A DNA stretch of 64,000 bases from Camelus dromedarius (Eukaryota), in assembly GCF_036321535.1 (NCBI RefSeq), contig NC_087437.1, positions 79,176,001-79,240,000 of the forward strand, read 5' to 3'. The position numbers and the translations under genes are program-made. Under the pieces are notes generated by a model. The model was given only the letters and a program-made list of their open reading frames with translations, searched no databases and was not told the origin of the DNA. Shown in pieces: positions 1-14,589 of the stretch (position 1 is its first letter; each line of letters starts with the position of its first letter).

Positions 1-664
1 ATTTAGCAAAACTGTATAGTTACAGAGCTCTTCTAAATTTAACAAGCTGTGTTGCAAGACATGTGGAATTCTAGACAGAATTATACAACACACTGATCTT
101 GGAGTGGCCAGCAGGTCACACCTCTTTCATCGTCACCCTTTCACTTCACTTCTCTTACATATATTCTAGTTTTATGCTAATGATAATGTATGATACATCC
201 ATATGATGATAAAAATCTACGTATCCATTAAAAGCATGATTTAGTAAAACATTTAATGCCATGGAAAATGTCTACTCTCTACATTTGAATTTTAAGAAGA
301 ATGATAATGGTGTATATACTAGGATCTTAACTTTGCCTTTCCTGTTTTTCTTTTTCTTCTTCTTTTTTAACCATTATATCCCTTCTTTGACACTTAGAAA
401 ATTTTTGAGGCTATCACAAAGAAACAAAACCAAATAAGACAAATATCAGAAATTGTAAACAAGACATCAATATAATGGAATAAAAATACCACAGAGGATG
501 GTATAGGGATCAATAAGTCCCCCAGATGTAGTTTCAGTTTGGGCTACTTATTACTTACGAGATCTGCCAGTTTTTAAAATGATCTTAAAGCAGATAATTA
601 TGTATTTTCATGTATGTACTAATGTATTTGATCTTCAAACAACTCTGCTTCTCTACCACTCCCT

Positions 665-2122
665 CCATCCTCAATTCCCAGTGTCACTAATTCTAAATCC
701 AGCAGTCAGTCCTCGGGCTTCTCTTCCTTGAGCTCTCCTCTGCTCCGTCTCAGTGTTCAGTGCTGGAATCTTCTCACCTCTCAGTCCTCAAATACTGCTG
801 TGCACCAAGGCTTGTCCTCAGCTTTCTTCACTCTTATTCACATTCACTTCCTGGTTGATCTCATGCAATCTTGTGACTTTAAATGTACTGTGCCTGGTTT
901 AGGCTTCTTACAAACAAAAAGTCACCACAAAAAGTGTCTTGGCTTAGGCAAGGTGAATAGTTTTATCTTATATTTAAAAAAGAAAAAGAAAAAAACAGTC
1001 CCAAACTAGCCAATTTATAGCAGCTATGGAAGTTTCATCCCCCTCTTTGACTCCAGCCCTAATAGCAGTGTTTCTTCCATCCTCACAATCAGTCTGCTAG
1101 ATCTCCTCATGTTCAGCTGGGGAGAAGACAAGTAAATGTCAAAAGCCACAAAAATAAGCTTGCTGGCTAACTAGCCCCCTTAAAGGATCTTCCTTACCCA
1201 AGAATTTATTGGAACATCTTTATTGAACACCATGATCTGCAAAAGAGGATAGAAATGCATATTATTATTCTTGGTAATTAGTGGATTCTAAGAGTAAAGT
1301 AGAATTAGAGATGAATATCATATAGACAACTAGTAGTTTTTCTGTGACACTTTAGATGTTGAGGGCTCCAAAATGTAATCCCTTTCAGATCACCCACCTA
1401 CCTACAAAATACCTCCGCTTAGATGTCTGATGGGTCAAACTTGGCCAAAATTAAAATCTTAAATTATATCCACAGGCCTTGTCCTCCTATGGTTTTCCCA
1501 CTTCCATTTACTCAACTTTTAAGCTCTACACCTTGGATTCCCTCTTGACTATTCTTTTCCTGTCATACTCTACATGTAATCTAATAGCAAATCTTATCTC
1601 CCTTTAAAGTAATACCCAAATCTAACCACTTCACAGCACCTCCATTGCTATCACAATTACCTCTGAGCTAGACTTCCATTCTTGCCTGTCATAATCTATT
1701 ATACTATTAAAAAGGTAAATCTGTTTATGTCACCCACCTACTTAAATGCATCCACTGGCATTCCACCAGAGGTAAAATAAAAGTAAATCCTTGCCATAAT
1801 TTAACTGTATAATCTCCCCTTGAGTACTTTTCTGACATAATTTCTTTCCCTCCCATCCTTTTGCCCCCAAACTTCATCCACTCTAGTCACATTGGCTATT
1901 TTGCTGTTCTTCAAACAGGCAAATCATGTTCCTAATTCAGGGCCTTGTACTTTATTTTCTTTGGCAGAAATGCTCTTTCCCCAAATATCCATAGTTATCA
2001 ACAAGGTCTACTCCCTTACCTCATTCATGTTCCCTAAAAAGTCACTTCTTTTGAAAGGCTGTCACTGACCAGTTTCTAAAATAGCATCCACCACACACAC
2101 ACACACACAAACACACACGCAC

Positions 2123-2160
<38 letters not shown>

Positions 2161-2350
2161 GGCCTCTCGCATTGCCCAAATTTAATTTTCTTCATAGCAA
2201 TAATCAAAACTTGTCATCACATTATCTAATCATATCTTTTAATGTATTTATTGTTTATAAAACTTTGTGTAAATTCTGTGAGGCCAAGGATTTTATCTCT
2301 TTTGCTCAATGCTTATACATACTACCAATCAGAGCTCTCTGTACATAATA
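665..2350 (+). mobile_element. LINE-2 (L2a-like) relic, interrupted at about 885-1370
   Basis: Pyrimidine-rich L2-like sequence with a degenerate RT motif (gtgcaccaaggcttgtcctcagctttcttc, resembling GVPQGSVLGPLLF) and typical 3' region (cttcaaacaggc...cagggccttgtact...aatgctctttcccc). Confidence 0.7.
2092..2160. repeat. (CA)n microsatellite, interrupted
   Basis: Read directly from the sequence. Confidence 0.98.
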
Positions 2351-3679
2351 GCAATATAAAGTCCTCTCTGTAGGCCTCCATTTCTCATCTACACACACAA
2401 GAGTCTAATTTTTAAGATACCATCAAGATTTCAAATTCTGATATTCTGATGGGTAGTCAAGGAAGTCTTCTAAACAGGAGAGTGTTGTGTTTGAACAAGC
2501 GTTTCAGCCAATTAATCTGATGGTTATGTGTAAGAAAGAAAATGCTGGGTAGTTAGATGAGCTGCTTCTCAGGAAATCAGTTTGGAAGCTTTTACAATAG
2601 TTCAAGTATGCGGTTATTCAAATTCAAATCAGATTGGCAATAGTGTGTGAAATTGTTAAAGAAGTTGCAGTATGTTTAGAGACAGGTTAGAAATGAGATT
2701 CCAGGAAGTAGAAAGAGTCAAAGATAATTCCAAGATGTTAAGTCTGAGTTGTTAGGTATTATTTATTAGTACCATGAAATGTATTATACATAGACCATTT
2801 TTCCCAGGGATAAAACTCAGAGGTGGACAAGTATATTGGTTTGTCATCTTTGAAATGGAATAAATAACTGAGTTACCTGAAAATTCTAAGCATAAATGAA
2901 TACTGTTTTGGCTTGATATGTTTTATGCCTGGCTTCTAAAAATAAAATGCAATCAATGCCTGAATCCAAGCTCATTTAATTCCTGCTCAAAAAACATGAA
3001 AAGATTTCTCACTGTATCAAAAAGTTTAACTCAATAAAATTGTGTTAAATTATTCACTATGTATTACAGCTGATAGGTAATCTCTCTCCTTTTCTGTCTC
3101 ACTTATACACACACACACACACTTACTTCTGTTATTGTTATAAAGATTGTTGTGTATTGCCCGAATGCTTACTCCTTGTTGTAATGTTATGTCTCCCTGC
3201 TATAAGACTGACTTATGAAAGTCTCCTTCTTCTATACTGTTATGTATTTCAGTTCCCAACTGACACATATTGATAGTAAATTCTTCCATGTGCACCAAAA
3301 CTGAACTACATTATATATATAACTGATGTAGATTATAGTGAAAGATAGAATAATTTCAGTCGAAGTCATCATTGGTGATGATAGAATCAATAGATAATTA
3401 GTTAACAAGCCTCTGAAAAATCCAGGAGGTGCCTTTCGTACAGGAGTGTTTAGGTAGTCTATGGTGACAGGGCGTAAGGAGCCTAGAGGACTTAAGACCT
3501 AGGACACAGTAGACATGAGTATACGAAAACAGCTGGAAAACAGGAATCAAAGTTGTTTTATTCTCCACAGATCTGTTTTCAGAAAATTATTGGTAAAGGT
3601 TAATGGAATGACTGTCATGATATCAGCTGACAAGAACAATCACATAGCTATGTAAATTTTCACCAGTAAAATTTCATGG

Positions 3680-4650
3680 TCTCCATTCCCAGCTTAGCCT
3701 TTTCCATTGTCAAATAATCTTTCTTTCCTCTTCAGATGAGTTTCATCCCTGACAATAGCTCCTATCCGTCCAACCCTCCTCTTGCTCTCCACTTAATAAA
3801 TAACAAAATAGTGGACATCCAAGGAGCACTGTTTATACTTATGCCAGAATTTCCTTTCTCCATGCCTTTTCTTGCAACATTCCTCTTGCTTCTCCATCAG
3901 TGTCTCCACTCCTCACGCTTCGAAGTGTTTGATCTTTCAGTTATACAGCTCTCTTCAAGAGAGAATTTTTCTGCTGAATTTTTCCCTCAGGTTTGAAACA
4001 AGCTTATTTTCTTCCATCTTGAAACAAAAACGAAACTTTCATTTACCTCACACTGGATTTTAGCTACTACCTTATCTCACAACTCTTAGCTGAAGATTCT
4101 ACTTCGCCAGCTTTAACATTCTCTCATACCATTATTCACTTTCTCACACCTCTTGTTCATAATATGCTATAGGCAAAGATTTCGCTGAAACCGTATCAGC
4201 TTTCCAACCAACTTTCTACCGTTGAAGTGAATTCTTTGTATGTAACTTGACAAGTGGAAACCACTGTTGACTCTTCCACCCACTTTGATGGATCTTACTC
4301 TTCCTTCATTGACACTGTGTCTTCTTGATTTCTGTCCCCCTTCTGTGGCTGCTCTCCATCTTAGTTTGCTTTGTGTTGTTCTGTTTCTCTCTGTGTTGGT
4401 CTTTAGCAGGGACATTTCTCTTTTTGGCTTTCTTCTCTTACATTTCTTACTGTTTTATATTAATTATATTTACCCCAGTGCTTTTAACTATGATTAATAT
4501 TTGATGCATCAAAATCTCTCTCTCTATATATATATCTGTTCTTAATTCTGTCTTGGCCTATACCTAAAGATATATTTTTTAATCTTTAGCCTCATCTTCA
4601 GTTCCATATATTACCTTTCCCTGAGTTCCAGACCTATATATTCAAGAATT
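3680..4650 (+). mobile_element. LINE-2 relic
   Basis: Degenerate L2-like blocks (cttgacaagtggaaaccactgttgac, cttcattgacactgtgtcttcttgatttct, ccctgagttccagacctatatattcaa). Confidence 0.55.
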
Positions 4651-5888
4651 TAATAGAAGGTACAAAATGAAAAAAAATAATTAGAAGTGGAGAAAATGCA
4701 TGATACTGCATTTAAAAACTACCATAAAGACTATTTCTTTAAATTCTGTATGTCTCACTGAATTCTACATTTGTATGTAGTTAAAACTGTGGATGCCCAT
4801 TTTATTATACATTTTGATACATCTCAGCCCATAGTGGGTGCTCAAGAAATGCTGAATAGCAGCAAATGCAAAGACAGACTTCATATTTCTGCTCTAATCT
4901 ATTTTCAAAATGATATGCAAAATCACTTCTACTAAATATTACTCAAATTGATGATGTAGTCTCAATATTGAATTTTGCAGAATTTCTACTTATCACAGCA
5001 AAATCAAATTTTAATCTTCAGTTTAGAACAACTTTTTAAAAGCATGCAGTTCATCAACATCCTATTGGCTAAATATTTGACAAGGCTTAATCACCTGCAT
5101 TTTTCCATTAGGACCTATTTATGGCTTTGATTTTGGAAGTACAATCAAAATCTATCTAAGCAAATTTAGTATAAAGCACACAGAAACACTCTGGCATTCA
5201 GTTTACTTGATTTAGTTTGGAAAAAACATACTCTCATGGGAAGCTTTTGATATGAATATCTAAAAAAGAGAAGGCTGTACATTTTGGAAGATGAATACTT
5301 CTGACACCAAATTAAAAAGTTGAGTTGCTAATTTCAATTCTTGCAACCAAAATGGGAAGTTTCAGCCAGGACCTCAAAAATGAGAAGTATAGGTGATATT
5401 TTCCCTTCTAAATATTAGAAAAACAATTTTAAGAAACAATTTAAATTATAGCACTTTTTCCTGGGAAATGAATATTGCCTAAGAAGATAAAATACCTTCT
5501 ACACGCTGGATACAGTATCATAATGCAATTCATCAGAAATGATTCTATCTTTAAAATTACAATAAGTATTTTTGAAGACGCTAAAGTAAAAGCAGGTTTA
5601 ATACAAAAGATGCTTTTTGTTTCTTGGAGGCATAAAAAATAGTTGTTGAGCAATCCACAAATAGAATAATTTAAAAGGAGAAGATTTACAATCAGAATTT
5701 TACTTGTTATAAAAATGGATTCAGTATAGGAGAAGATATGTAACATTCTTTTGAAATGACCTTTGAAACACCAATGGTTTCTCTGCCCATCCCACCCTCA
5801 TTATTTATGTATTTGTGTTAAATAAATAGGCTTAAAGTTAATGACCACTTTCAGTGTTAAAATATATTCTATTAAGAATACAGAATCA

Positions 5889-6211
5889 AACTTATTTACT
5901 AACAAAAACAGACTCACAGGCATAGAAAACGAACTTACGGTTACCAAGGGGGGAAGGGAGTTAGAAGGGATAAATTGGGAATTCAAGATTTGCAGATACT
6001 AACTAATATATATAAAATAAACATAAGTTCATATTGTATAGCACAGGGAACTGTATTGAATATCTTGTAGTAACTTATGGTGAAAAGAATATGAAAACGA
6101 ATATATGTATGTTCACATATGACCGAAACATTATGCTGTACACCAGAAATTGACACAACATTGTAAACTGACTATACTTCAATAAAATATATATATAATT
6201 TTTTTAAAAAG
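5889..6211 (+). mobile_element. 5'-truncated L1 (artiodactyl/camelid-type 3' UTR) with TSD
   Basis: L1 3' UTR (cttacggttaccaaggggg...gtatagcacagggaac...gacacaacattgtaaactgactatacttcaataaaa). 13-bp TSD gaatacagaatca at 5876-5888 and 6212-6224; TT/AAGA endonuclease-type site. Confidence 0.92.
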
Positions 6212-6657
6212 GAATACAGAATCAGAATCTTTTTCATAATCACAATACTTTTTACATGCAGAGTTTTGAGATTTACTTCTCTAGTTCCCTATAGTCTTTT
6301 TGACATTGTGACTAGCTTTGATCTGTAGAATGTGGCACTAAAGGCTTTTTTAAGCTGTGCCAGTATTACCTGACAGAAGTATAAGCTTTTACCGTGTAGA
6401 CAAGAATAGGGAGGGTGCTCCAGGGAGAATAACAACTGTGCAAAGGGCCTGAAGTATTAAACAGTGTGTAGTATATTCAGGAATATAGAACTAACTCAGA
6501 TTGACTGAATAATTTCCTTTGAAGGAGGGAAAGTCAAGATTAAAACTGAAGAGATAGACAATAATTCAGATCTAAAAATTGTTAGAAAGTATAAATAACA
6601 GACAGTAATTTACTGGCTATCCCTTAGAAAAATAGTGTCTAAATTTAATTTACTTAG

Positions 6658-6683
6658 TTTTTTTTTTTTTTTTTTTTTTTTTT
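6658..6683. repeat. Poly-T (26 nt)
   Basis: Read directly from the sequence. Confidence 0.95.
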
Positions 6684-7447
6684 AACCTCTGGCTTTCTGT
6701 ATTTCAATATGGAAGAAAGTCAGAAGAGTCCTCCAAAGTGTCTGGACAAGAAAATGGGAAACTGCCTGAGAACCTGGGAAAAATAATTTGCCAGATTGTT
6801 TTGAAATTGTTTTCTGTCTTGACACTGGTGTAATTCTCAGGACTGTTTTTTGTTGTTGTTTTTTTTTTTCTTTCCTATCTTGTCTATTGATGTTTGCCAC
6901 CTATGGCTTTACGTAATGATATAAAAATCCATACAGAGCTGGAAACTCTCCAGTCTTGAGGGAAGCTATATTATATATTATATTGTAGAAAAAACAGTTA
7001 GGCATGCATTTTCATCCTGATGTATTTTCAAAATAATTTAGAACCATAAAATAGAAAAAAATATATTGACTGACTTTGGAGGAAGTAAAGTCATCCAGGG
7101 CCCAACATCATAAAAGAAATTACGGATTCTTTTTCATTCTATCTCTAATTCTTGGATGTAAAATCTGATCCAAATTTTTTTTTCTAAAAGGAAACTGGTG
7201 ACAGGCAATTGAGAAACAGGAAGGATAATGAAGAGGCCAGATAGTTGGAAAAATAGTAACAGATGCTACAAGTTCTAGAAAAGCAATCCTACAGGAAGAT
7301 ATATCATGACATAGAACATGCAAGAAAGTTCTTAGCATTTCCATGAAATTATGATTGATCTAATGAATAAGTGCAATTTGGTAAGAAATCAAAATTTGTA
7401 ATTCTTGTCATACTGCTGACATAGTATGTCCATAGATGAGTTGGGAA

Positions 7448-7634
7448 CAGTGGTTCCCAACATATAGTCTCTAGATCATCAGTATTAGCATCCTGGAAAC
7501 TTGTTAGAAATGCAAATTATCATGACCCAAATCAAGACTGAATGAGTCAGAAATGGTAGGAATGGAGCTGAACATTCTGTGTTTTAGCAATCCATATAGG
7601 TGATTCAGATGCACAGTATACTTGAGAACCACTG
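7448..7634. mobile_element. MER5A-like hAT-Charlie MITE
   Basis: Terminal inverted repeats (TIRs) cagtggttccca...tgagaaccactg; internal aacttgttagaaatgcaaatt and ggtgattcagatgcac. Confidence 0.85.
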
Positions 7635-7649
7635 CTCTAGAGGCACCAT

Positions 7650-7810
7650 GCCCGCTGGTCTAGCAGAGAATGCAGTTCAGTCAGACAGGCTCCAGTGATG
7701 GATCAAATTATACTTGTGATTTTGAGCATCTTGATTATCTCTTGCCTCAATTTTCTCTATAAAGTAAAAAAGTAGGATTACATTATCATTAAGGTTTCTC
7801 CAGCACAAAC
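7650..7810 (+). mobile_element. MIR SINE relic
   Basis: Degenerate MIR core tgtgattttgagcatcttgattatctcttgcctcaattttctctataaag. Confidence 0.55.
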
Positions 7811-7899
7811 ATGTTCTAACTAATTTTTTTATGTATTGCTAAATATAGGAACTTGACAAGCTGTAAGACCCAAATTGATAAGCCTTCTCTCTACCAATC

Positions 7900-8220
7900 T
7901 TATTACCTCTCTGAACACCTGTTAGTATGTTCCTGCCTGTTCATTCTCCTCAACCACACTGGTGTCCTTGCTAGTTTTTTCAGTATACCTGCATAATTCC
8001 ACCTTAAGGACTTGGTCTGGTGTCCTTTCCTTCTGGAATGCTCTTCTCTCAGGAAAAATTGGTAACTAAGTCACTTCCTTCAAATATTTGTTCAGATGTC
8101 AGCTCCTTAAAAAGACTGCTCTGCTGACCACCTTATTTGAAATTGTAACCCAAACAACGTTGCCTGTATTCTGTCTCCTACTCTACCTTCTTTATTTTCC
8201 ATAGGACTAATCAGCTCTGA
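7900..8220 (+). mobile_element. LINE-2 3' region relic
   Basis: caaccacactggtgtccttgct...ccttctggaatgctcttctc...cttccttcaaatatttgttcagatgtca. Confidence 0.65.
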
Positions 8221-8369
8221 AATTAATATATAATTAATAAATGAATATATAAGAAATAAGTACAATGTGTGATAATTGTCAAAGAAAAAATGATACAATG
8301 TACAATGATAGAAACTAAACAGAAAGTAACCACATAGAAACACTTGACAAGAAAGTCTTTTTGAAGAGA

Positions 8370-8827
8370 TGTATTAATTTATTAGGGCCACCGTAACAAA
8401 GTACCAAAAACTGAGTGGCTTAAACAATAGCTTTATTATCTCACACTTCTGGAGGGTAGGATTCCAAACTCAAGGTGTCAGCAGGGTTGTTTCTTTCTGA
8501 GGGCCGTGAGAGAAAATCTATTATATTGCTCTCGTCTAGGTTCTGGTAGTTTTCTAGCAATCTTCGGCATTCCTTGGCCTTTGGAAACATCACCCCAAAC
8601 TCTGCCTTCATTTTCACATTGCTTCTCCTTGTGTGTATATCTGTGCCCAAATTTCCCCTTTTTATAAGGACACTAGTTATTTTGGATTAGGGACTTATAC
8701 TACTCGGTGTGACCTCATCTTAACTAATTACATCTACAGTGACTCTATTTCCATATAAGGTCGTATTTTGTGGTACTGGAGGTTAGGACTTCAACATATG
8801 AAGCTGGGGGTACACAAACCCATAAAA
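8370..8827 (-). mobile_element. MaLR solo LTR (MLT1B/C-like)
   Basis: tgtatta...gtaacaaagtacca...gtggcttaaacaa...ttctggagg...caaggtgtcagcagggttg...gacctcatcttaactaattacatct...ggttaggacttcaacatatgaa. Confidence 0.9.
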
Positions 8828-8899
8828 GAAAATGAAAATTAATCTGAGTTTCTCTGATTGAGACAGAGGTATTCTCATAGACTTTATATTTGTACATCT

Positions 8900-9440
8900 G
8901 CACCCCAGCAAGTGGGGCCCCTTCCTGGATCCTGGGCTTTAGCAGTCCCAGCTCTGGCCCTTCTCTGGCCTTCCTTTTCCCTAATATGTAAGAAGACTAT
9001 GTAACCAAAAGGAGATATCCATTGAAGCATCATGCTGTTCTTTCTCTGTCACCTTCTGGATACCTGGGACTCTAGTCATATGGACCAGACTTACTCCAGA
9101 GCTTGCAAGAGACTCATCTCCAGGGTTTATCCTCCTGAGAGCAAACTACATCCTCCTAGGCATGAGGAGTGGAGAATCTGTGTCCTGTGGGGAGAAAGGG
9201 AGGGACTGAGAAGTGGAAGAGGCTGAAAATACATTTCTTCTCTCTACTATCATTTCTGATGTGGAACTTCAAGAAGGCCAACAATTTTAAATTAAAATTT
9301 GTTTATAAAACTATGTTTTTCAAGGTTGGAGGGAAGTTATTTATTTAACAGTTTTCTCTTTTTTGAGCTTGATTTACAACTTTTAAATATTAGAGAAATA
9401 CTACATGGGTATCTTTTGTAAAATTACCCTTTATGATGGG
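8900..9440. mobile_element. hAT-Tip100 DNA transposon relic (FordPrefect/MER45-like)
   Basis: gcttgatttacaacttttaaatattag block preceded by a GC-richer segment; family assignment from memory only. Confidence 0.45.
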
Positions 9441-9507
9441 TGATATTAGAATATATTTCAGTGCACTTAAAAATAACACAGTAGAAGGAGAGATTTACCA
9501 TTTAAGG

Positions 9508-9718
9508 TAGGAAGTAAAACTGCTACCCCTGGGCCAAATCTACATCACTATCTGTTTTTGTAAATAAAGTTTTATTGTAACTCAGCCAAACTAATTGACT
9601 TACAAATAGCCTATGGCTGTTTTCTTGCCACTTAAGCAGTGTTGAACAAAGGTTCTGTGGCCCTCAGAGCCTAGGGTATTCACTATCTGGTCCGTTACAG
9701 AAAGGTTTGCTGACACTA
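9508..9718. mobile_element. MER58A-like hAT-Charlie MITE
   Basis: gggccaaatc...tgtttttgtaaataaagttttattg...ctatggctg...actatctggtccgttacagaaaggtttgctgac. Confidence 0.85.
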
Positions 9719-9929
9719 TATTTAAGAGACCAGAGATAATCAAAAGAACAGATCCCATGAGAAAATGAGAAAGGGTGGCTTCAAAACACATCAGGAGTGA
9801 TAAGACCAAGCAGGACCTTTCATTACTCAAAATAGGAAGGAGTGAAAAGAGTGGGCTGAGATAGATGTATGGATTTAGTGGTGGGTGGGAAAATAGTCCT
9901 TACTCACATACTGTGCAGTAAGCATGCAG

Positions 9930-9934
9930 GCGCA

Positions 9935-9972
<38 letters not shown>
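9930..9972. repeat. (CG/CA)n alternating purine-pyrimidine microsatellite
   Basis: gcgcacgcg followed by (ca)n. Confidence 0.97.
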
Positions 9973-9975
<3 letters not shown>

Positions 9976-11059
9976 ATCTTGGTTATTGGGTGGGAGAGAA
10001 ATAGTAATAAGAACAATTAGTCTCCATGCCTACTTAATTTATTCTCCTTGAACCCACCTCCCTCTTCCCAAAAATTCTTAATATTATTATATCTACCTGT
10101 ATAATGAATTATTAAACTTCCCAGGTGTCTAAGTAATAGGATCAATAGCTAGTTTTGGCATTAAACACTCTATGGGTAATATTTGTGTACATATTTAAGG
10201 CCATTCTGAAAATTTTAAACATAATGAATACAAAGTTATGATTTATTTATAGATATCTTCTTTTATGACCTTTTTTGGTGAATGAATTAATATGATATGT
10301 CTCTTATGGTACTTACCACCAATATTGTAGTACGGGTCTCTTTTTCTGTACTTGACACTAGATTAGAAATTTCATCTGGCGTGCAGCCTTGATCATATTT
10401 ACCTTTACTTCTATTGTCTAATAATTTTTTTCAGGTAGTGGATGCTCCATACATGCTTAATAATATGCAGGCAAATAAATAGCAATACTTCAAAATATAT
10501 TAGGATTTTCCAAGTTGCCAAAATAATATTTCTGTGATGCCTAGTAGCCTAGCAGTTCTTTATACACTGTCCTACTAATCAGCTATGAAAGTTTTGGTGT
10601 CTAGTACATTTGTCAAGAGTTTAGATTTAAGGCCATCATTTTATTCTTTTATCTTTGGTTCTTTGACAGATGACAAAAATCTGTAGTCTGTCAAGGGATA
10701 AAACATAAAAAGGCAGAATGGAGAGAGTATAATCTAATAGATTCTTTATTTGCCTTTAAGTATAGATTAACTATTAGCAAAGAAATATTCACTTAACATT
10801 GCAGAATATACACTTTAAAATAACATTATCAAGAAAATCCAGTGCCATTTATGACAATTGCCTTAGGATTATAACCATTTAATAGTTTTTTAAAATTATT
10901 CTATTTTTGATAACTTTATTGCTTTTCTATATGCACATTTTGTTTTAGAGTTTTGTTTTTGGAACCTATTTCTCCATCATACGTGTCCCCTTATATGCCA
11001 GCAGTATGAATTTTATTGAATATATGTCCATGGTTTGCATAGTACGCTCCAGTTTATGA

Positions 11060-11150
11060 ATCCTGTTCACATTTACTGATTCATTTAATCTCACAAATGA
11101 GGAAACTGTGGTTCAGAGGTTAAGTAATCTAAGCAATGTCATGCAAGGAC
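11060..11150 (-). mobile_element. MIR SINE relic
   Basis: acaaatgaggaaactgtggttcagaggttaagtaatctaagcaatgtca (reverse MIR core). Confidence 0.7.
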
Positions 11151-12904
11151 AACTATTACATTATGATTCTATGTTGCACAAAGTCTTCCATCCTTCAGTT
11201 TCATGGTTCCTTTTAGAACACTAATGGCTTCCAAAATGTTTGTATGAGAATCTTTGTTTTAATAACAAAATATTTTGTTCATCTCTCTCTATCATCTAAT
11301 CTCCACTTACGTATTGACATTCAAGCTTATAATAGTTCTCCCCATCTCCTTCCAGAGGTGATGAAAGTACTTGTATGTATTGTATATGACCAAAAGTTAT
11401 TCAGGCACCAAATTGGGTAAAGAAGTAAATATATATTTATTTTGCACAAGAATCAGATCTAGAGTACAGTTTATTTGGCAAAAAGTGATCTATTTTAAGA
11501 CTATATTTTAATATAATATTTACTTTCATATGGAACAATTTGCAGATACTTTAGGAAGAGATATATTATCATTATTTAAAAAAAAACAGTATGTGGATTA
11601 CTTGTAAAATCCACTAGAAATGGCCTGAATGTCAAAATGATTCAAGATTTAGTTTAATCTTAAAACATACCTTAAGTTTAATATTTAGCTCAAATTAGTT
11701 GTATTGATTTTTCAAAGTTATACATGAACATTTCATGTTAACTTAAAAATAGTTAATTTTGCCTAGCATTTGGGAAAGCTAATCAAAACATAAAGCCTTA
11801 TAACTAAATTATCATTGAGGCTTTAAAATCAGGATCATAGAGAATATTTAAAAGTATTTCTGAAATTTTAAATTTAGACTTTATCTCATTCAGCCAAATA
11901 AATCTCAATCAACAACTGGTCCAGAACTCAGTGTCTAATCTCATTAATTTTTGTTTAAATATTTTGTCTCAATCTAACAACAACAAAAATTCATTCATTA
12001 TATGAAATATTCAGGCTAAGTAATCATTGATACAATATTTGAATAGCACATTACAAATACTTTACACAGTTTAATTAATGGGATCTGCATAAGGACCTTC
12101 AGTTGAGGATATTAGACACAGTAAAATATTTACATGTAAAGAGGATGAGATTCAGGGAGACTATGTGGCTTAATCTATTTAAGTGGGGAGCGTGAATAGA
12201 TATGTAGAGACTTATGCTTGTATCATATATTGCCAAATCCAGTGCTTTTTTCCCCAAAGCATACAAGTGATCACAAATTGGTAGAAAAGATAAAAACAAC
12301 TTCAAAATGGCTATTTTTAGTAATTGGAGGCCAAAATAAGCATGTGAGCAAAATGTAATGAAGAGAGCTCCTATCTAGGTGGAGATAGAAGAAAATACTT
12401 CATTTCGGTGAAAAGGATCAATGTTGGTCTTTCTATATAATTCATAAAAGCTTTCGATTTGAAAGTTTTAATTACAACCAACACTAGCATGCCTATTTAC
12501 CTAGTTACTATAATATGAATTATATGAATTGAAACATCTTAGATTTCATATATCTTTGAGGCACAGATATGTGAATACTCCTTTTTTACATGTGATATGT
12601 GTATCTTATAGGAGACATGCAGCCTATTCATGCACCAGGGACCTCATAAAGGATCCCTTGTGTGTACATACTACTAAGCTATATATACACCTCAGGAGAA
12701 CTCAATACTGATATTCATTGACTTAGCTATAGCAAGTCATTTTATTTTCATGGACCTCAATTTCTTCACCGGTAAATAACTGAGGTTTGAGACAGGTTCA
12801 TGGCTTTAAATTATCTTTGTTTGGCACAATTTATAGGACACAAATGTGAAAGATCTTTTCTGCTCTAATTAAAATAGGATTGAAGGCTATCTCAAACACC
12901 TCCT

Positions 12905-13400
12905 AAGCACCAGCTCAGACCTTTATGGACTCACCTGTCTCTTGTTTCAGTTACCACAGTGGCTAGTTTTACATAGTTCCCATCATCCTCATGCAGACAC
13001 ACCGGACAAAGCCTTGCCTCATACTCATTCTGTGAGCCTCTTGTTCGGATCTGTGGCTTCCCTGTTAACATCAACTCATGAACAAACTTGAGGCAAAACT
13101 TCGGCCAGTTGAATATGGAGGCCACTGAATCCATTCTTCCCCCTTCCTTCTCAGGGAGGGACTGTCCACAGAGCAGTCATTTAAATAGCCTTTTAGAAAA
13201 TGACTTCATAATAGGGAGAAATAGACTGTCCTTGATGTCACAAAGTAGCCAATAAGACAATATACCCCCTTATTAGGTCTTTCTTCCTTTTGCTTCACTC
13301 TTTTTCTCGCTTCTGCTCCCAAGTATTACACCCTCTAATAGATTAGTGCACATAAGTCTATGCTTCAGACTCTATTTTTAGGGGAACCCAGGCTAAGACA
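12905..13400 (+). mobile_element. ERVL-class solo LTR (LTR50/LTR16-related)
   Basis: 3' end cttcagactctatttttaggggaacccaggctaagaca, preceded by a degenerate polyA signal (ctaataga); GC-richer than its flanks. Confidence 0.65.
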
Positions 13401-14589
13401 AGACCCTGAGACATTTTAAAAATCCAAGCTACAGCTCTTTAGCAACTCCAATGAAAGCTAACAATTTCTTCATTAAAATTTTATAATTGATAACATACTT
13501 ACAACTAACATACTGTATAATTAACTTATATATTTCACTTATTTTAGTCTTTATCCCTCTATGAGTAGATAAATTCTTTAAAGCCAGAGAACTTGGTCTG
13601 TTCTGTTTACTGCTGTATGTTCAGTGTCATTAGCCATTCTCATTCTCATGTGTTGACTGTAAATTTGATAGGATCAATGAGAACATAGTGTGTATTCTCT
13701 TGCTAAGAACACTATGACTAAATATATGATTTAATCAACGAAGAAATGCAAGTGTTAGGTATGACAGACATCTATGTCTGTGAATGAAAAATGCTTAGAA
13801 CATGTCTTTGAACTGGTCATCCTAAAGCTAATTACTAAATGTTATTTTAAACACTTCATTATTTTCAATCTCAAGGGAGGAATTTTCTTATTTCTTTTCT
13901 TTTTATTTTTCAATTAAAACATAAAAATGAAAGACATTCAAACTTACAAATAGATTTCCTTTGTGCTGTCAAGCAACAGACTCATATGCTGTTAGTTATA
14001 ATAGGACATGTGAAAAATAAATTAGTTTAACTGTGAATACTCCCCCAAGTGTTTCTAAAATGGCAATTTTATATTTACAGGTCAACATATTAGATAATGT
14101 GTTTTGGTCATATTTGTGAGGTTAGAATAATTTAGAACCAAAAATATCACTTGGATTTCATAACAAACCATTTTGAAAGGAACTTAATTCAGTGAAAACT
14201 GCTTTAGACTTGTTGTATGATTAATCCTAAAAGAGTACGCTATCTGGGGGGAAATACTGCAGGTAAAATGAATTAGCTAGAATGCTTCAAACAATTTGTC
14301 AGTCATCTAGTTGATTTACAGGTATTTAATTAGAATTTTATTTGGCAACTTTTAGTAATTAATTCTTAAATTAAACTGGCCATAACAAAAAATGTGCTGC
14401 CTGATAGAGTCATTCCATAAATTCTTTACAAAATCCCTACTCTGTATCAACTATAGGATCTCTTTTTTTGAGAAACTCAGTCTAGAGAAACAGGATTCTT
14501 CAGCTAATGTACACCTAAAGTATTAGGGGTATCAAATGGAAATATGTATGGGAAAAGCTTTTCATGGCTGCTCTAATATCCTAGAGTTG

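Noticed and set aside
6658..6900. T26 as the tail of a minus-strand processed pseudogene (also T26 at 19011 and T21 at 32829)
   Set aside because: No recognisable mRNA body, polyA signal or TSD next to these runs.
12311..12320. Perfect MEF2-type site CTATTTTTAG
   Set aside because: A single AT-rich 10-mer is expected by chance here, and there is no supporting context.
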